A DNA stretch of 64,000 bases from a virus. The notes under the pieces were generated by a model. The model saw only the letters and a list, made by a program, of their open reading frames with translations, made no database searches and was not told where the DNA came from. Of the stretch, positions 8,922 through 17,329 are shown in pieces. The first letter of the stretch is position 1; the number at the start of each line of letters is the position of its first letter. Position numbers and translations under genes: made by a program. The stretch lies in the IMG/VR virus record IMGVR_UViG_3300027917_000019, positions 1 through 64,000 of that record; one strand, written 5' to 3'.

Positions 8922-8924
8922 ATG

Positions 8925-9182
8925 TCACCCACAGCCGGCGCCTGTCTGGCGAGGCTCCTCTTTCTCCTCGGACGGGTGGTCTACCGTAGCGCGTAATTCG
9001 TTGACAGCAGCAGTCAGGTCTTCAATCAGTACCTGTAAAATGACAAGGTCAGCCTTAACGTTGTTCAATTCGGCTCGCATGCACGTCAAGTCTAGTTGTG
9101 TAAAGTCCATCGCCCGCATCGTAAGCACCTTCCTGCACGTCGTCAAGAGGTTATGAAAGGGATCGTTTTGAAAACGAAGCAT
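8925..9182 (-). CDS. hypothetical coiled-coil protein
   Basis: Heptad Leu pattern; first gene of the leftward block. Confidence 0.65.
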   Translation of the reverse strand: MLRFQNDPFHNLLTTCRKVLTMRAMDFTQLDLTCMRAELNNVKADLVILQVLIEDLTAAVNELRATVDHPSEEKEEPRQTGAGCG

Positions 9183-9489
9183 TCAAGGTGTAAACTAACA
9201 TCAGAATAGACCCTTAAATAAGTACTTGTCTGTGAATAGATCACCATTTCTAGCTTGTTTTCACAAAACGAGGTGTTAGAATGGTGCTGAAGACTGCTCA
9301 GAATGGCCCTATTTGGTGTTGACAGGGGTTATGGTAGTGCTTATTTGGTACCTAACTAGGTATTACGAGTACGTGGAGAGATCCGGGCTGGTCTGACGGC
9401 CTGAAATTATGCCCCGTGGGTATACCTATCTTGTATGCGGGCCGTTGTCCGGACCAAAATAGGGACAGACTTTAAAAGAGGGACAGTAC

Positions 9490-9855
9490 ATGAGTGAGGA
9501 CCAAGACATTTGTCGAATAGTTCTACATCTGATTGAACCTGATGAAACGTTAGAGTTCGCGGTGGTTAGATCTGAAGTAGTACACTTTCTATCTGTGGTT
9601 AACAACCTGAACACAGTGTTCGTAAACATAAATGGAACAGGTATTCCAATCCGCCGCATCGCCTCCTATAATGAAGAAGACATGAACGGTGAGAGTGTTT
9701 ACAATAAGGCATTTATCTACACATCCCTGCCTATTCAAACAGTCGTACTTCCCCCAGCAACAGGATCCCCCCCATCGTTACCAAACGTCACAACAAGCGA
9801 GGACTGGTATCTGCACGCAGGTGACATAGGTCCCCTAAAGAAGGAAGGCTTCTGA
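9490..9855 (+). CDS. hypothetical protein
   Basis: ATG with GAGGGA RBS; distantly similar to the next ORF (LEFAVV..IASYNEEDMNG vs AEFEAV..VAVYSAEDMDG). Confidence 0.75.
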   Translation: MSEDQDICRIVLHLIEPDETLEFAVVRSEVVHFLSVVNNLNTVFVNINGTGIPIRRIASYNEEDMNGESVYNKAFIYTSLPIQTVVLPPATGSPPSLPNVTTSEDWYLHAGDIGPLKKEGF

Positions 9856-10157
9856 TGGCTATTCGAGCAACGACACATTCACCCCGTAGGACTAATAAGC
9901 CTACCTCTAAGGATGTCGATGTAGTAAAGATGATCGTAACTCTACACTCTGGTGCTGAGTTTGAGGCTGTCGGCGGCCGTGACGACGCTATTGATTTTCA
10001 CAGGCGTTTCAAAAAGTGGGTAGACGGTCAAGTTCACAAAACAGATAACCACAAGATTGTATTCTTTGGTGGTATTTACTTTGCCGCGAATGCTGTCGCT
10101 GTATATTCTGCTGAAGATATGGATGGGAAGAAGGTAGACCTTGGCCCCGCACATTGA
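9855..10157 (+). CDS. hypothetical protein
   Basis: TGATG coupling with the upstream gene. Confidence 0.75.
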   Translation: MAIRATTHSPRRTNKPTSKDVDVVKMIVTLHSGAEFEAVGGRDDAIDFHRRFKKWVDGQVHKTDNHKIVFFGGIYFAANAVAVYSAEDMDGKKVDLGPAH

Positions 10158-10548
10158 TGTGCCTGAAGGTAAAGACGTAATAGACGTTTTCCACAAGTGG
10201 CACGCAAAGCTTGACAGTGAAAACAGAGAGATAATCTTCTCTGTATCTACACAATATTATTTGGAAGAAGGACAGGCTGATCTTCTTGACCCAGAAGATG
10301 AGACGAAGTGGACCAAGGTTTTGGTACTACCTTTTCCTAAGGATAATGTTGTAACCGAGAAAGGTGAGATGTTAGTCGGCGCGTCTGTTCCTACTTTCTT
10401 TGACACAGAACAGCTCAAAAAACGGTTCATCCCTATAGACGACTTTGTACAAGTCGTCTATAAGATGGTTGAACAGATAAACGCCGATTTAGAAAACGCA
10501 ATGCTATTGCAGCAAATGGAAGATAACGCTGAGTGGAGTCTTCTGTAG
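10141..10548 (+). CDS. hypothetical protein with C-terminal EDNAEWSLL tail
   Basis: TTG start with GAAGG RBS; shared C-terminal motif. Confidence 0.75.
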   Translation: MAPHIDVPEGKDVIDVFHKWHAKLDSENREIIFSVSTQYYLEEGQADLLDPEDETKWTKVLVLPFPKDNVVTEKGEMLVGASVPTFFDTEQLKKRFIPIDDFVQVVYKMVEQINADLENAMLLQQMEDNAEWSLL

Positions 10549-10595
10549 TTATTTGTTAGGGGTTGACAAACAGAAATGTTTGACGTGGATACCTA

Positions 10596-11030
10596 ATGAT
10601 AATAGTCAATGATTTCATATTTATCAAAGTGTTTCCAGACTTATTCTGGGCACAGTGTGGAGATGGTTGGTTACTGCTTGGGGCTGAGTCATTAGCACAA
10701 GACCCCCACATCCTAGCAGCGGTGACGTATGATTCTGAAGTTAAAACAGGAAGGTTTGTACATCTGGTAAAGGCAGACATGCGTCTGAAGGCTGACAAGA
10801 TTTCTGGCGATGACGTGTACTATTCAACAGGTCAAACAAGCCCTCGTGCTCTTATGACAACATATCCAGACTTTGTGTACATAGTACAAGCCGATAACAG
10901 TGATGATCTAAAAGGGCACATTCTAGAACTACTATTCAGGAGTGATGTTCCTACTCCTAGTGTACCTTCTGAAAAAGTAGACCGTCGCCCAAGTTTTGAA
11001 GATCTTGAGGGAGATTGGTCCCTTCTGTGA
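10596..11030 (+). CDS. hypothetical protein with C-terminal EDLEGDWSLL tail
   Basis: ORF; shared C-terminal motif. Confidence 0.75.
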   Translation: MIIVNDFIFIKVFPDLFWAQCGDGWLLLGAESLAQDPHILAAVTYDSEVKTGRFVHLVKADMRLKADKISGDDVYYSTGQTSPRALMTTYPDFVYIVQADNSDDLKGHILELLFRSDVPTPSVPSEKVDRRPSFEDLEGDWSLL

Positions 11031-11556
11031 TCTTTCTTCACTTTCTTTCCTCACACCCATTGACAACCCTTGGTATTACCCCCAATTTAGATCAGACGGT
11101 TTAAGGGTAAGGCTTAATTCTCAGACTAAAGAGTTAGTAGTTATGTACGGTGAAGATATAGATGCTATTGACGTAGTAGACTGTGTATTCGAGTACTATG
11201 ATAAATACGGTAAGCGTATTACATTTGACGACCTAATAGAACTAGAAGACGACCAGAAATACGGTATAGTCGGTGTGTGGGTAAACTGGGTAGGAGAAGA
11301 AGTTATTACTACCACTTGGAATGGTGTACCTGTCTATCCTATAGAGGAGAAGGAAGGTCCTGACCCTCTCATCTTTGAGACTGTCTGTCATCGGGAAGAT
11401 CGGTACCGAAATATCATTCGTAGGTACTCTACACTGGATAGGGCTATAGAGGGGCATCGAACCGCTGTTTTGCAAGCAGGTGGTGATCCTGATTCAAATT
11501 ACGACAACATGCCTGACTGGATGCCTCCGTACTTCCTAGACTCGGATTTTTACTGA
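10996..11556 (+). CDS. hypothetical protein, WVxWxGE..EGH..GGDP family copy 1 (start uncertain)
   Basis: Motifs shared with the next two ORFs. Confidence 0.7.
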   Translation: MKILREIGPFCDLSSLSFLTPIDNPWYYPQFRSDGLRVRLNSQTKELVVMYGEDIDAIDVVDCVFEYYDKYGKRITFDDLIELEDDQKYGIVGVWVNWVGEEVITTTWNGVPVYPIEEKEGPDPLIFETVCHREDRYRNIIRRYSTLDRAIEGHRTAVLQAGGDPDSNYDNMPDWMPPYFLDSDFY

Positions 11557-11557
11557 G

Positions 11558-11833
11558 ATGACTAACACATATGTTGCTCCCTCAGGGTATATACTTGTAA
11601 AAGCTTGGGTAGACTGGCTTGGAGAGACTGTGGTTGAAACTTCAAGGGCACGTGAAAAAGGAAGGTATATTACGTTTGTGTCTACAAAGAACGGGCCGAT
11701 AGGCCCTGTTGCTTTCTATGACACGCTTGAAGACGCCGAAAAGGGGCATGACCTTGAAGTTAAATCTCATGGTGGTGACCCCGAAGGTTTTTACCCTCGT
11801 CCAGATTGGTATATCAAACGAGTGTGTGGGTGA
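11558..11833 (+). CDS. hypothetical protein, WVDWLGE family copy 2
   Basis: WVDWLGETVVET..GGDPEGFYPRPDWYIK. Confidence 0.8.
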   Translation: MTNTYVAPSGYILVKAWVDWLGETVVETSRAREKGRYITFVSTKNGPIGPVAFYDTLEDAEKGHDLEVKSHGGDPEGFYPRPDWYIKRVCG

Positions 11834-12191
11834 ACTAGTGCCTTATTTTGATATCAACACTCTAGATATTCATAAGGACTATCTGTCTCCTACAGGTTAC
11901 CAAGTTATAAACGTTTGGGTAGACTGGCTTGGAGAGACTGTAATTGAGACTGTCTTTGATAGTGCTTCGAATGCCAGGATTGAGTACACTTCTGAGTATA
12001 CTCCTACCTTGTTTTACACGTATGTGGCTACACATAAGGGGGCTATAACTTCTCTTAATGATTACTTGACTGTGCAGGAAGCTAAGGACGGGCATGTTGC
12101 TTTAGTTAGGGCTCATGGAGGCAATCCTGAAGGTTTTTACCCTCGTCCAGATTGGTACATCAAAAGTGTCGCTAACATCGTTCGTTTTTAA
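11826..12191 (+). CDS. hypothetical protein, WVDWLGE family copy 3
   Basis: WVDWLGETVIET..GGNPEGFYPRPDWYIK; start placed at GTG. Confidence 0.75.
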   Translation: MGELVPYFDINTLDIHKDYLSPTGYQVINVWVDWLGETVIETVFDSASNARIEYTSEYTPTLFYTYVATHKGAITSLNDYLTVQEAKDGHVALVRAHGGNPEGFYPRPDWYIKSVANIVRF

Positions 12192-12372
12192 GGGTTTGGT
12201 AATATTGCTGGTAGGTTGTGGCTCTACCATCACTATGACCCTTCCTAACTTGCAGAAGGGTACTTGTACTGGTGACGAGAATGTTCGCTACTGTGTTGAA
12301 GCAAATGGTACCTCTTGGTTGTGCACCCGCTCTGGTACGTGGTGGGAGTGTACGGTGACCCCTAATGACTAA
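12166..12372 (+). CDS. small Cys-rich putative lipoprotein
   Basis: LVILLVGC lipobox-like segment plus four further Cys. Confidence 0.55.
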   Translation: MSLTSFVFKGLVILLVGCGSTITMTLPNLQKGTCTGDENVRYCVEANGTSWLCTRSGTWWECTVTPND

Positions 12373-12601
12373 CGCGGAAATTCGTGAATGGTTTACGCCT
12401 GCAGAGGATTGTGTTCCTAACAGACATGCGGTCATCACTTATGAGACAGACTGCTGGTGTGTTCTAGTAGAAGAGTACATTGTTTCCACAAAGACTCCTC
12501 GGAAGATTGTACACAGTGCTCATGGGTATGGGTCAACCGTTTGGGAGGCACTAGTTAATGCTATAGCGGAGTGGGGCCGCACTAGGTGTGGTGCCATTTA
12601 G
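12365..12601 (+). CDS. hypothetical protein
   Basis: ORF overlapping the upstream stop, followed by a terminator. Confidence 0.7.
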   Translation: MTNAEIREWFTPAEDCVPNRHAVITYETDCWCVLVEEYIVSTKTPRKIVHSAHGYGSTVWEALVNAIAEWGRTRCGAI

Positions 12602-12619
12602 CTCAATGTTGTCAAAATA

Positions 12620-12641
12620 AAACCCCGCGCTTGCGGGGTTT
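12620..12641. terminator. intrinsic terminator
   Basis: AAACCCCGC-GCTT-GCGGGGTTT. Confidence 0.7.
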
Positions 12642-12951
12642 ACAAATTAAAGACACTGATTTGTGCGTTACGTGGTTTGTTATATATAAGAACTGCTTTG
12701 AACTATCTCAGATAGCTGGTGCTGCTAACAGATAGCTCGATATTTGAAAATTATCAATACACCTAATGCGACACATTCCGGGCTTGTGCTAGATTTATCG
12801 GTACCAGGGTTATACATGGTAGTTGCAACTATACGCTCCACAGAGCAGATAGTTGCAAATAATATTGTTTTTATTTAGTTATGTTTTTTCCACAATACCG
12901 TTATACCTTCGCTGCGCGTTGTTATGTACAATCTCTGTTATCAGGATAGGT

Positions 12952-12980
12952 TTGACAAGTGTGATGTTCTCAGTTACACT
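12952..12980 (+). promoter_or_regulatory. sigma70-type promoter
   Basis: TTGACA-17-TACACT just before GTG 12986 (leaderless-like). Confidence 0.65.
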
Positions 12981-12985
12981 AAAGT

Positions 12986-13657
12986 GTGTCCAGATGGTTG
13001 AATTTCTTAGGATTTCTGGTATTGGCCCTGTTTATCGAGGCATGCATACCAACATCCTTGAAACTAGATAGTGGTCCCATGCTGGTCCCTATAACGCAAG
13101 CAGGTTACCACTGGACTCCTGACCGCTTCCCTATTCCAGTATATGTACATCCGCAGATGGACCCTATCCGCAAGTTGGCTGTATTACTAGCCATAGACCA
13201 GTGGAACGAGTCTGTAGGTGGTGACGTGTTTGAGTACATAGACGCTCCTCCCAACTGGCCCATGTTTGAAGAGAACGGAGCGTTTACAGCATTGGGATTT
13301 GTTAGTGTGGAGGAAGGGCTTGTTGGTGTTGACCCAGATATGAACGTACAGCGTAATGCGTGGGCAGCTGTTTCTCTCAGACCTGGAAGGTACGAACTTC
13401 TAGGTGAGATTCATGGGGCTAGGGTTATGATTGGTACACACGTATCCGGTCTAGAAGACGCCGCTCGGATCACATTCCATGAGCTTGGGCACTGTTTAGG
13501 CTTGGCACATGATGGAAATGATCGTACAAGCATCATGTACTATAGCGCCACTCTTTCTATGAGTCAGCATCTACAGGAAGAGGATTTGGCCTATGTTAGA
13601 CAACAAGTGGGGACTTGGACTGCTGTCGAGGTCTTCCGTGAGTCACTCCAACTCTGA
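12986..13657 (+). CDS. matrixin (M10-like) zinc metalloprotease, putative lipoprotein
   Basis: HELGHCLGLAH zinc motif plus Met-turn SIMY; N-terminal hydrophobic segment ending IEAC. Confidence 0.9.
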   Translation: MSRWLNFLGFLVLALFIEACIPTSLKLDSGPMLVPITQAGYHWTPDRFPIPVYVHPQMDPIRKLAVLLAIDQWNESVGGDVFEYIDAPPNWPMFEENGAFTALGFVSVEEGLVGVDPDMNVQRNAWAAVSLRPGRYELLGEIHGARVMIGTHVSGLEDAARITFHELGHCLGLAHDGNDRTSIMYYSATLSMSQHLQEEDLAYVRQQVGTWTAVEVFRESLQL

Positions 13658-13853
13658 GTTATGGCATTTGCTGTTTGATCTTCAAATTCTCGTAAACGGG
13701 CATTGTGACGTTACAACTACTCCAGAATACGATGATGCAGTAGAAGCTTTTGATCCAGAACATGATGAAAGATACAGAGCGGCCATGTTGAAGGCTCGGG
13801 AGGCTTGTCCAGCAACGATTGACGATGAGGAGGGAGATTGGAGCCTCCTCTGA
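13638..13853 (+). CDS. hypothetical acidic protein with C-terminal DEEGDWSLL tail
   Basis: ORF; shared C-terminal motif; start placed at GTG. Confidence 0.7.
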   Translation: MSHSNSELWHLLFDLQILVNGHCDVTTTPEYDDAVEAFDPEHDERYRAAMLKAREACPATIDDEEGDWSLL

Positions 13854-13854
13854 C

Positions 13855-13883
13855 TTGACAAGTATGAGGATTGGTCTTATGTT
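13855..13883 (+). promoter_or_regulatory. sigma70-type promoter
   Basis: TTGACA-17-TATGTT. Confidence 0.6.
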
Positions 13884-13924
13884 CAGGACACGCAGTTTAT
13901 GCGTGTCTTTTCAATTGAGGAACT

Positions 13925-14518
13925 ATGAAGACAGTATTTGTTATCGACATCGACACATCGATTGCGAACAACGATGAGAGAGCTAAGCTCCTCGATAAAG
14001 AATGCATGGTGTGTTTAGCTAAGATTGGTGAGCACAAACCAGATAAGTGCCCTACATGTGGCTCATCTGATTTTAAGGTGTCTCAGTCTTCTTGGGATTC
14101 TTTCTTATCTCCGTCTGTGATGAAGACGGATACTCCAGTGCCAAAGGCTCAGGTTGCTATCCGCAGGATGCGTGAACTCGGTATGGAGTTTCACTTCATT
14201 ACCGGACGTGGTGAGAATCTGAGAAAGGTCACTGAAGAGTGGTTGCAAGAACATTTCGGTTGGGACCCAGCCAGAGAAGCTCTGTACATGAGGGGCATAG
14301 AAGACGAAGGTGTTGCAGCTTCTGTGTACAAGGAGGGTGCTCTTAAGCGCCTGATCAAAGAGTACGGGTTGCAGGATTCTAGGTTTATCTTCATGGAGGA
14401 CGACAAACACGTGTTTCGAATGTTTCAACAGTACGGGATAGTCATTCAATGTCCAGAGGGTTGGGAGCATTGGGTTCCTGATGTTGCTTCTGGTGTGGAG
14501 CCTACGTGGAAACGATGA
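13925..14518 (+). CDS. HAD-superfamily phosphatase (PseT/PNKP 3'-phosphatase-like) with Zn-ribbon insert
   Basis: DIDTS motif I, FITGR motif II, K and MEDD motifs III/IV; CxxC..CxxC insertion. Confidence 0.8.
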   Translation: MKTVFVIDIDTSIANNDERAKLLDKECMVCLAKIGEHKPDKCPTCGSSDFKVSQSSWDSFLSPSVMKTDTPVPKAQVAIRRMRELGMEFHFITGRGENLRKVTEEWLQEHFGWDPAREALYMRGIEDEGVAASVYKEGALKRLIKEYGLQDSRFIFMEDDKHVFRMFQQYGIVIQCPEGWEHWVPDVASGVEPTWKR

Positions 14519-14593
14519 ACATGGAATCTTTTCTTTTCTTCTTAGGGCTGTGGGTTGTCATACTAGCTTTCCCAGTTATTTGGTTCATGTATA

Positions 14594-14926
14594 ATGACTA
14601 CAAGCAACGTAAGTAGTGTTAAGTGTGCGTATGATGAGGGGAACTACTCGTTTACTCTACAGCAGCTTGGTTACCCTGCGTTTGTAGTACCAGAAGGTTA
14701 CCTACAGCGACTTGTTGATGTGTTCCTGGAACCAAGTGAATATGAATTGTCTGAGAGCCTTTGGAACACTTTTCGCGTGACAGAAGCTGAACAATCTCTT
14801 ATACTTGAACGATCCAGCAAGGGCAAGTCCGTGCTGTTGATGAAGCTGTCCAAATCAGCCGCTAAGCAGTTGGCTGAGAAGATAGAAAGTATCCACGGGT
14901 CTGTGATTCGTTCTTATACTTGGTAG
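14594..14926 (+). CDS. hypothetical protein
   Basis: ORF in the operon. Confidence 0.65.
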   Translation: MTTSNVSSVKCAYDEGNYSFTLQQLGYPAFVVPEGYLQRLVDVFLEPSEYELSESLWNTFRVTEAEQSLILERSSKGKSVLLMKLSKSAAKQLAEKIESIHGSVIRSYTW

Positions 14927-14934
14927 GGAAGAGT

Positions 14935-16908
14935 ATGCGAGATTTCAAGCTTTCCGCTGGGTTCCTCGATCAATTTCGAGGACGCCAGCCGGAGTGGGGC
15001 CCTGTTGGGTATGTTTCATACAAGCGCACATACGCCAGACAAAAAGACGACGGTACTGTTGAGGAGTTTTGGGAGACCTGTGCTAGAGTCGTTGAAGGTG
15101 TCTACAGTGCTCAGAAGAGACACTGCAGAGAGCTGAAGCTTCCCTGGAAGAACGAGAAGTCTCAGAGATCTGCACAAGAGATGTTCACGAGGATGTGGGA
15201 GTTCAAATGGCTCCCTCCCGGACGTGGCCTCTGGATGATGGGCACAGACTATGTCGACCGTGTAGGCGGTGCGGCATTGAACAGTTGTGGATTCGTCTCT
15301 ACGAAGGGTATAACCGAAGACTTCGCAGATCCCTTCGTGTGGATGATGGACATGCTCATGCTTGGCGTTGGTGTTGGCTTTGACACCAAGGGTGCGGGGC
15401 TTGTTCGCATTCAGGAACCAAGGAAGGGGGATGACATTCATGTTGTTGAAGATTCGAGAGAAGGTTGGATCGATCTCGTTAGGAGAGTACTTACTGCATA
15501 CTCTGGGCGCGGTAATCTTCCTAACAGTGTTGACTGGAGTTTGGTTCGCCCCTTGGGCAGCCCTATTCGTGGATTTGGAGGCACTGCCTCTGGACCCGGT
15601 CCTTTGGATGAGTTGGTAACGTCTATACAGGAAATTCTCAATGAACTGGTCGGAAAAACGATCACTTCAGAAGCTATTGTGGATCTTTGTAATCTCATCG
15701 GCAGGTGTGTTGTCTCTGGTAACGTGCGACGCTCTGCTGAAATAGCTTTTGGCGATCCACATGATCAAAGCTTTTTGGAGTTGAAAGACCCCCGTAAGCA
15801 CCGTATAGCTTTGAAACACCACAGGTGGGCATCAAACAACTCTATCTTTGCCGACGTTGGGATGGACTACTCAATCGTTGCAGAGATGACCGCCAAGAAT
15901 GGTGAGCCTGGCTATGAATGGCTAGAGAACGCTCAGGACTATGGCAGAATGGGAGGACTTCCGAACTATCGCGACAAGCGCGCGATGGGTGGAAATCCTT
16001 GCCTTGAGCAGACTCTTGAGGATAGAGAGTTGTGTTGCCTGGTTGAAACGTTCCCCAGTCGTCATGATAGCTACGAAGACTACGAAAAAACACTCAAGTA
16101 CGCCTACTTGTACGCCAAGAGTGTCACACTAGTCTCTACGCATGATTTTCGAACCAATGCAGTGATGATGAGGAATCGCCGCATTGGTTGTTCCATGTCT
16201 GGAATTTCAGAGGCTATGGCTAAGCAAGGTCGCCGCGAGTTCTTCACGTGGTGCGATCAAGGGTACAACTACCTTGAAGAGCTTGACGATGTTTACTCCG
16301 AGTGGCTTTGTATCCCTAGGAGTATCAAGAAGACCTCTGTCAAGCCTTCTGGTACTGTATCTCTTCTCCCGGGCGTTACACCGGGCATCCATTATCCACA
16401 CGCTGAGTACTACATTCGTAGGATCCGTTTTCAAGAGGACCATCCGATCGTTGATGCCCTCTATCAGTGTGGGTACACTATAGAGAAGGACACGTATAGT
16501 CCGAATACAGTTGTAGTGGAGTTCCCTGTACAGTCTAGTCGTTACGACCGTAGTAAGGACGAAGTAAGTATGTGGGAACAGCTTGAGAATGCGGCTCAGA
16601 TGCAGCAGTACTGGGCTGACAATCAGGTAAGCGTTACAGTTACTTTCAAGCCTGAAGAGGCTAAAGACATCAAATATGCTCTAGAATTGTACGAAGTGCG
16701 TTTGAAGGGTGTGAGCTTTTTGCCTGTGGAAGAGCACGGCTACGAACAAGCTCCGTACGAAACAATCACTGCAGAACAGTATTATGAGCGAGCCTCTAGG
16801 TTGGACTACGAAAAGCTTCCCAAGATACTTCAGGCTCAACAGACTCTCCACGATACAACAGAAAGATTCTGTGATGGAGATTCTTGTGTAGTAGTTCGCA
16901 AAGCTTGA
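14935..16908 (+). CDS. nrdJ: class II (adenosylcobalamin) ribonucleotide reductase, monomeric RTPR type
   Basis: PPGRGLW, NSCGFVS, GNVRRSAEI, GGNPCLEQ, KPSGTVS, C-terminal CDGDSC. Confidence 0.95.
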   Translation: MRDFKLSAGFLDQFRGRQPEWGPVGYVSYKRTYARQKDDGTVEEFWETCARVVEGVYSAQKRHCRELKLPWKNEKSQRSAQEMFTRMWEFKWLPPGRGLWMMGTDYVDRVGGAALNSCGFVSTKGITEDFADPFVWMMDMLMLGVGVGFDTKGAGLVRIQEPRKGDDIHVVEDSREGWIDLVRRVLTAYSGRGNLPNSVDWSLVRPLGSPIRGFGGTASGPGPLDELVTSIQEILNELVGKTITSEAIVDLCNLIGRCVVSGNVRRSAEIAFGDPHDQSFLELKDPRKHRIALKHHRWASNNSIFADVGMDYSIVAEMTAKNGEPGYEWLENAQDYGRMGGLPNYRDKRAMGGNPCLEQTLEDRELCCLVETFPSRHDSYEDYEKTLKYAYLYAKSVTLVSTHDFRTNAVMMRNRRIGCSMSGISEAMAKQGRREFFTWCDQGYNYLEELDDVYSEWLCIPRSIKKTSVKPSGTVSLLPGVTPGIHYPHAEYYIRRIRFQEDHPIVDALYQCGYTIEKDTYSPNTVVVEFPVQSSRYDRSKDEVSMWEQLENAAQMQQYWADNQVSVTVTFKPEEAKDIKYALELYEVRLKGVSFLPVEEHGYEQAPYETITAEQYYERASRLDYEKLPKILQAQQTLHDTTERFCDGDSCVVVRKA

Positions 16909-16933
16909 CGAAGAATACCTAGTACGCTACAAT
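16905..16933 (+). promoter_or_regulatory. sigma70-type promoter
   Basis: TTGACG-17-TACAAT. Confidence 0.6.
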
Positions 16934-16975
16934 TTGAATACCTTTAGACTACGTTATTAGTGTAGGAAGTGTGAT

Positions 16976-17329
16976 ATGAATCCTGTTGTTGCAAGTACAA
17001 TTTTGGCCCCTTCTGGAGATTCTCCGGACGCTTCTGGTAACTACACTAGAGATTTACAGACACTGTCAGGGACGGGAACTGCTGAGTCTCATAATGCACG
17101 AAAGCTGACCGCCGGTTCAATGGCGACCCTCGTTGTAGGGGAAGCTTCCGTACGGGTTGTCTTTAGATCCGCTGCGGGTCTTGCTGATGTAGTAGCTATA
17201 GACTCTATGATTTTTGCTGCTGGCAGTACGTTCACATGGACAGTGGATAAGTACACACGCCACGTTTACGTTGAAGCGGCTAATGGAACCTCTCCTTATG
17301 AGGCTTGGGTGTGGAGATCTAGTACATGA
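16976..17329 (+). CDS. putative virion-associated beta-rich protein
   Basis: ORF with RBS, coupled to the fibre-like gene. Confidence 0.65.
   Translation: MNPVVASTILAPSGDSPDASGNYTRDLQTLSGTGTAESHNARKLTAGSMATLVVGEASVRVVFRSAAGLADVVAIDSMIFAAGSTFTWTVDKYTRHVYVEAANGTSPYEAWVWRSST

Noticed and set aside
14935-16908. Intein or intron in ribonucleotide reductase
   Set aside because: The ORF is continuous, of normal size, and shows no splicing motifs.
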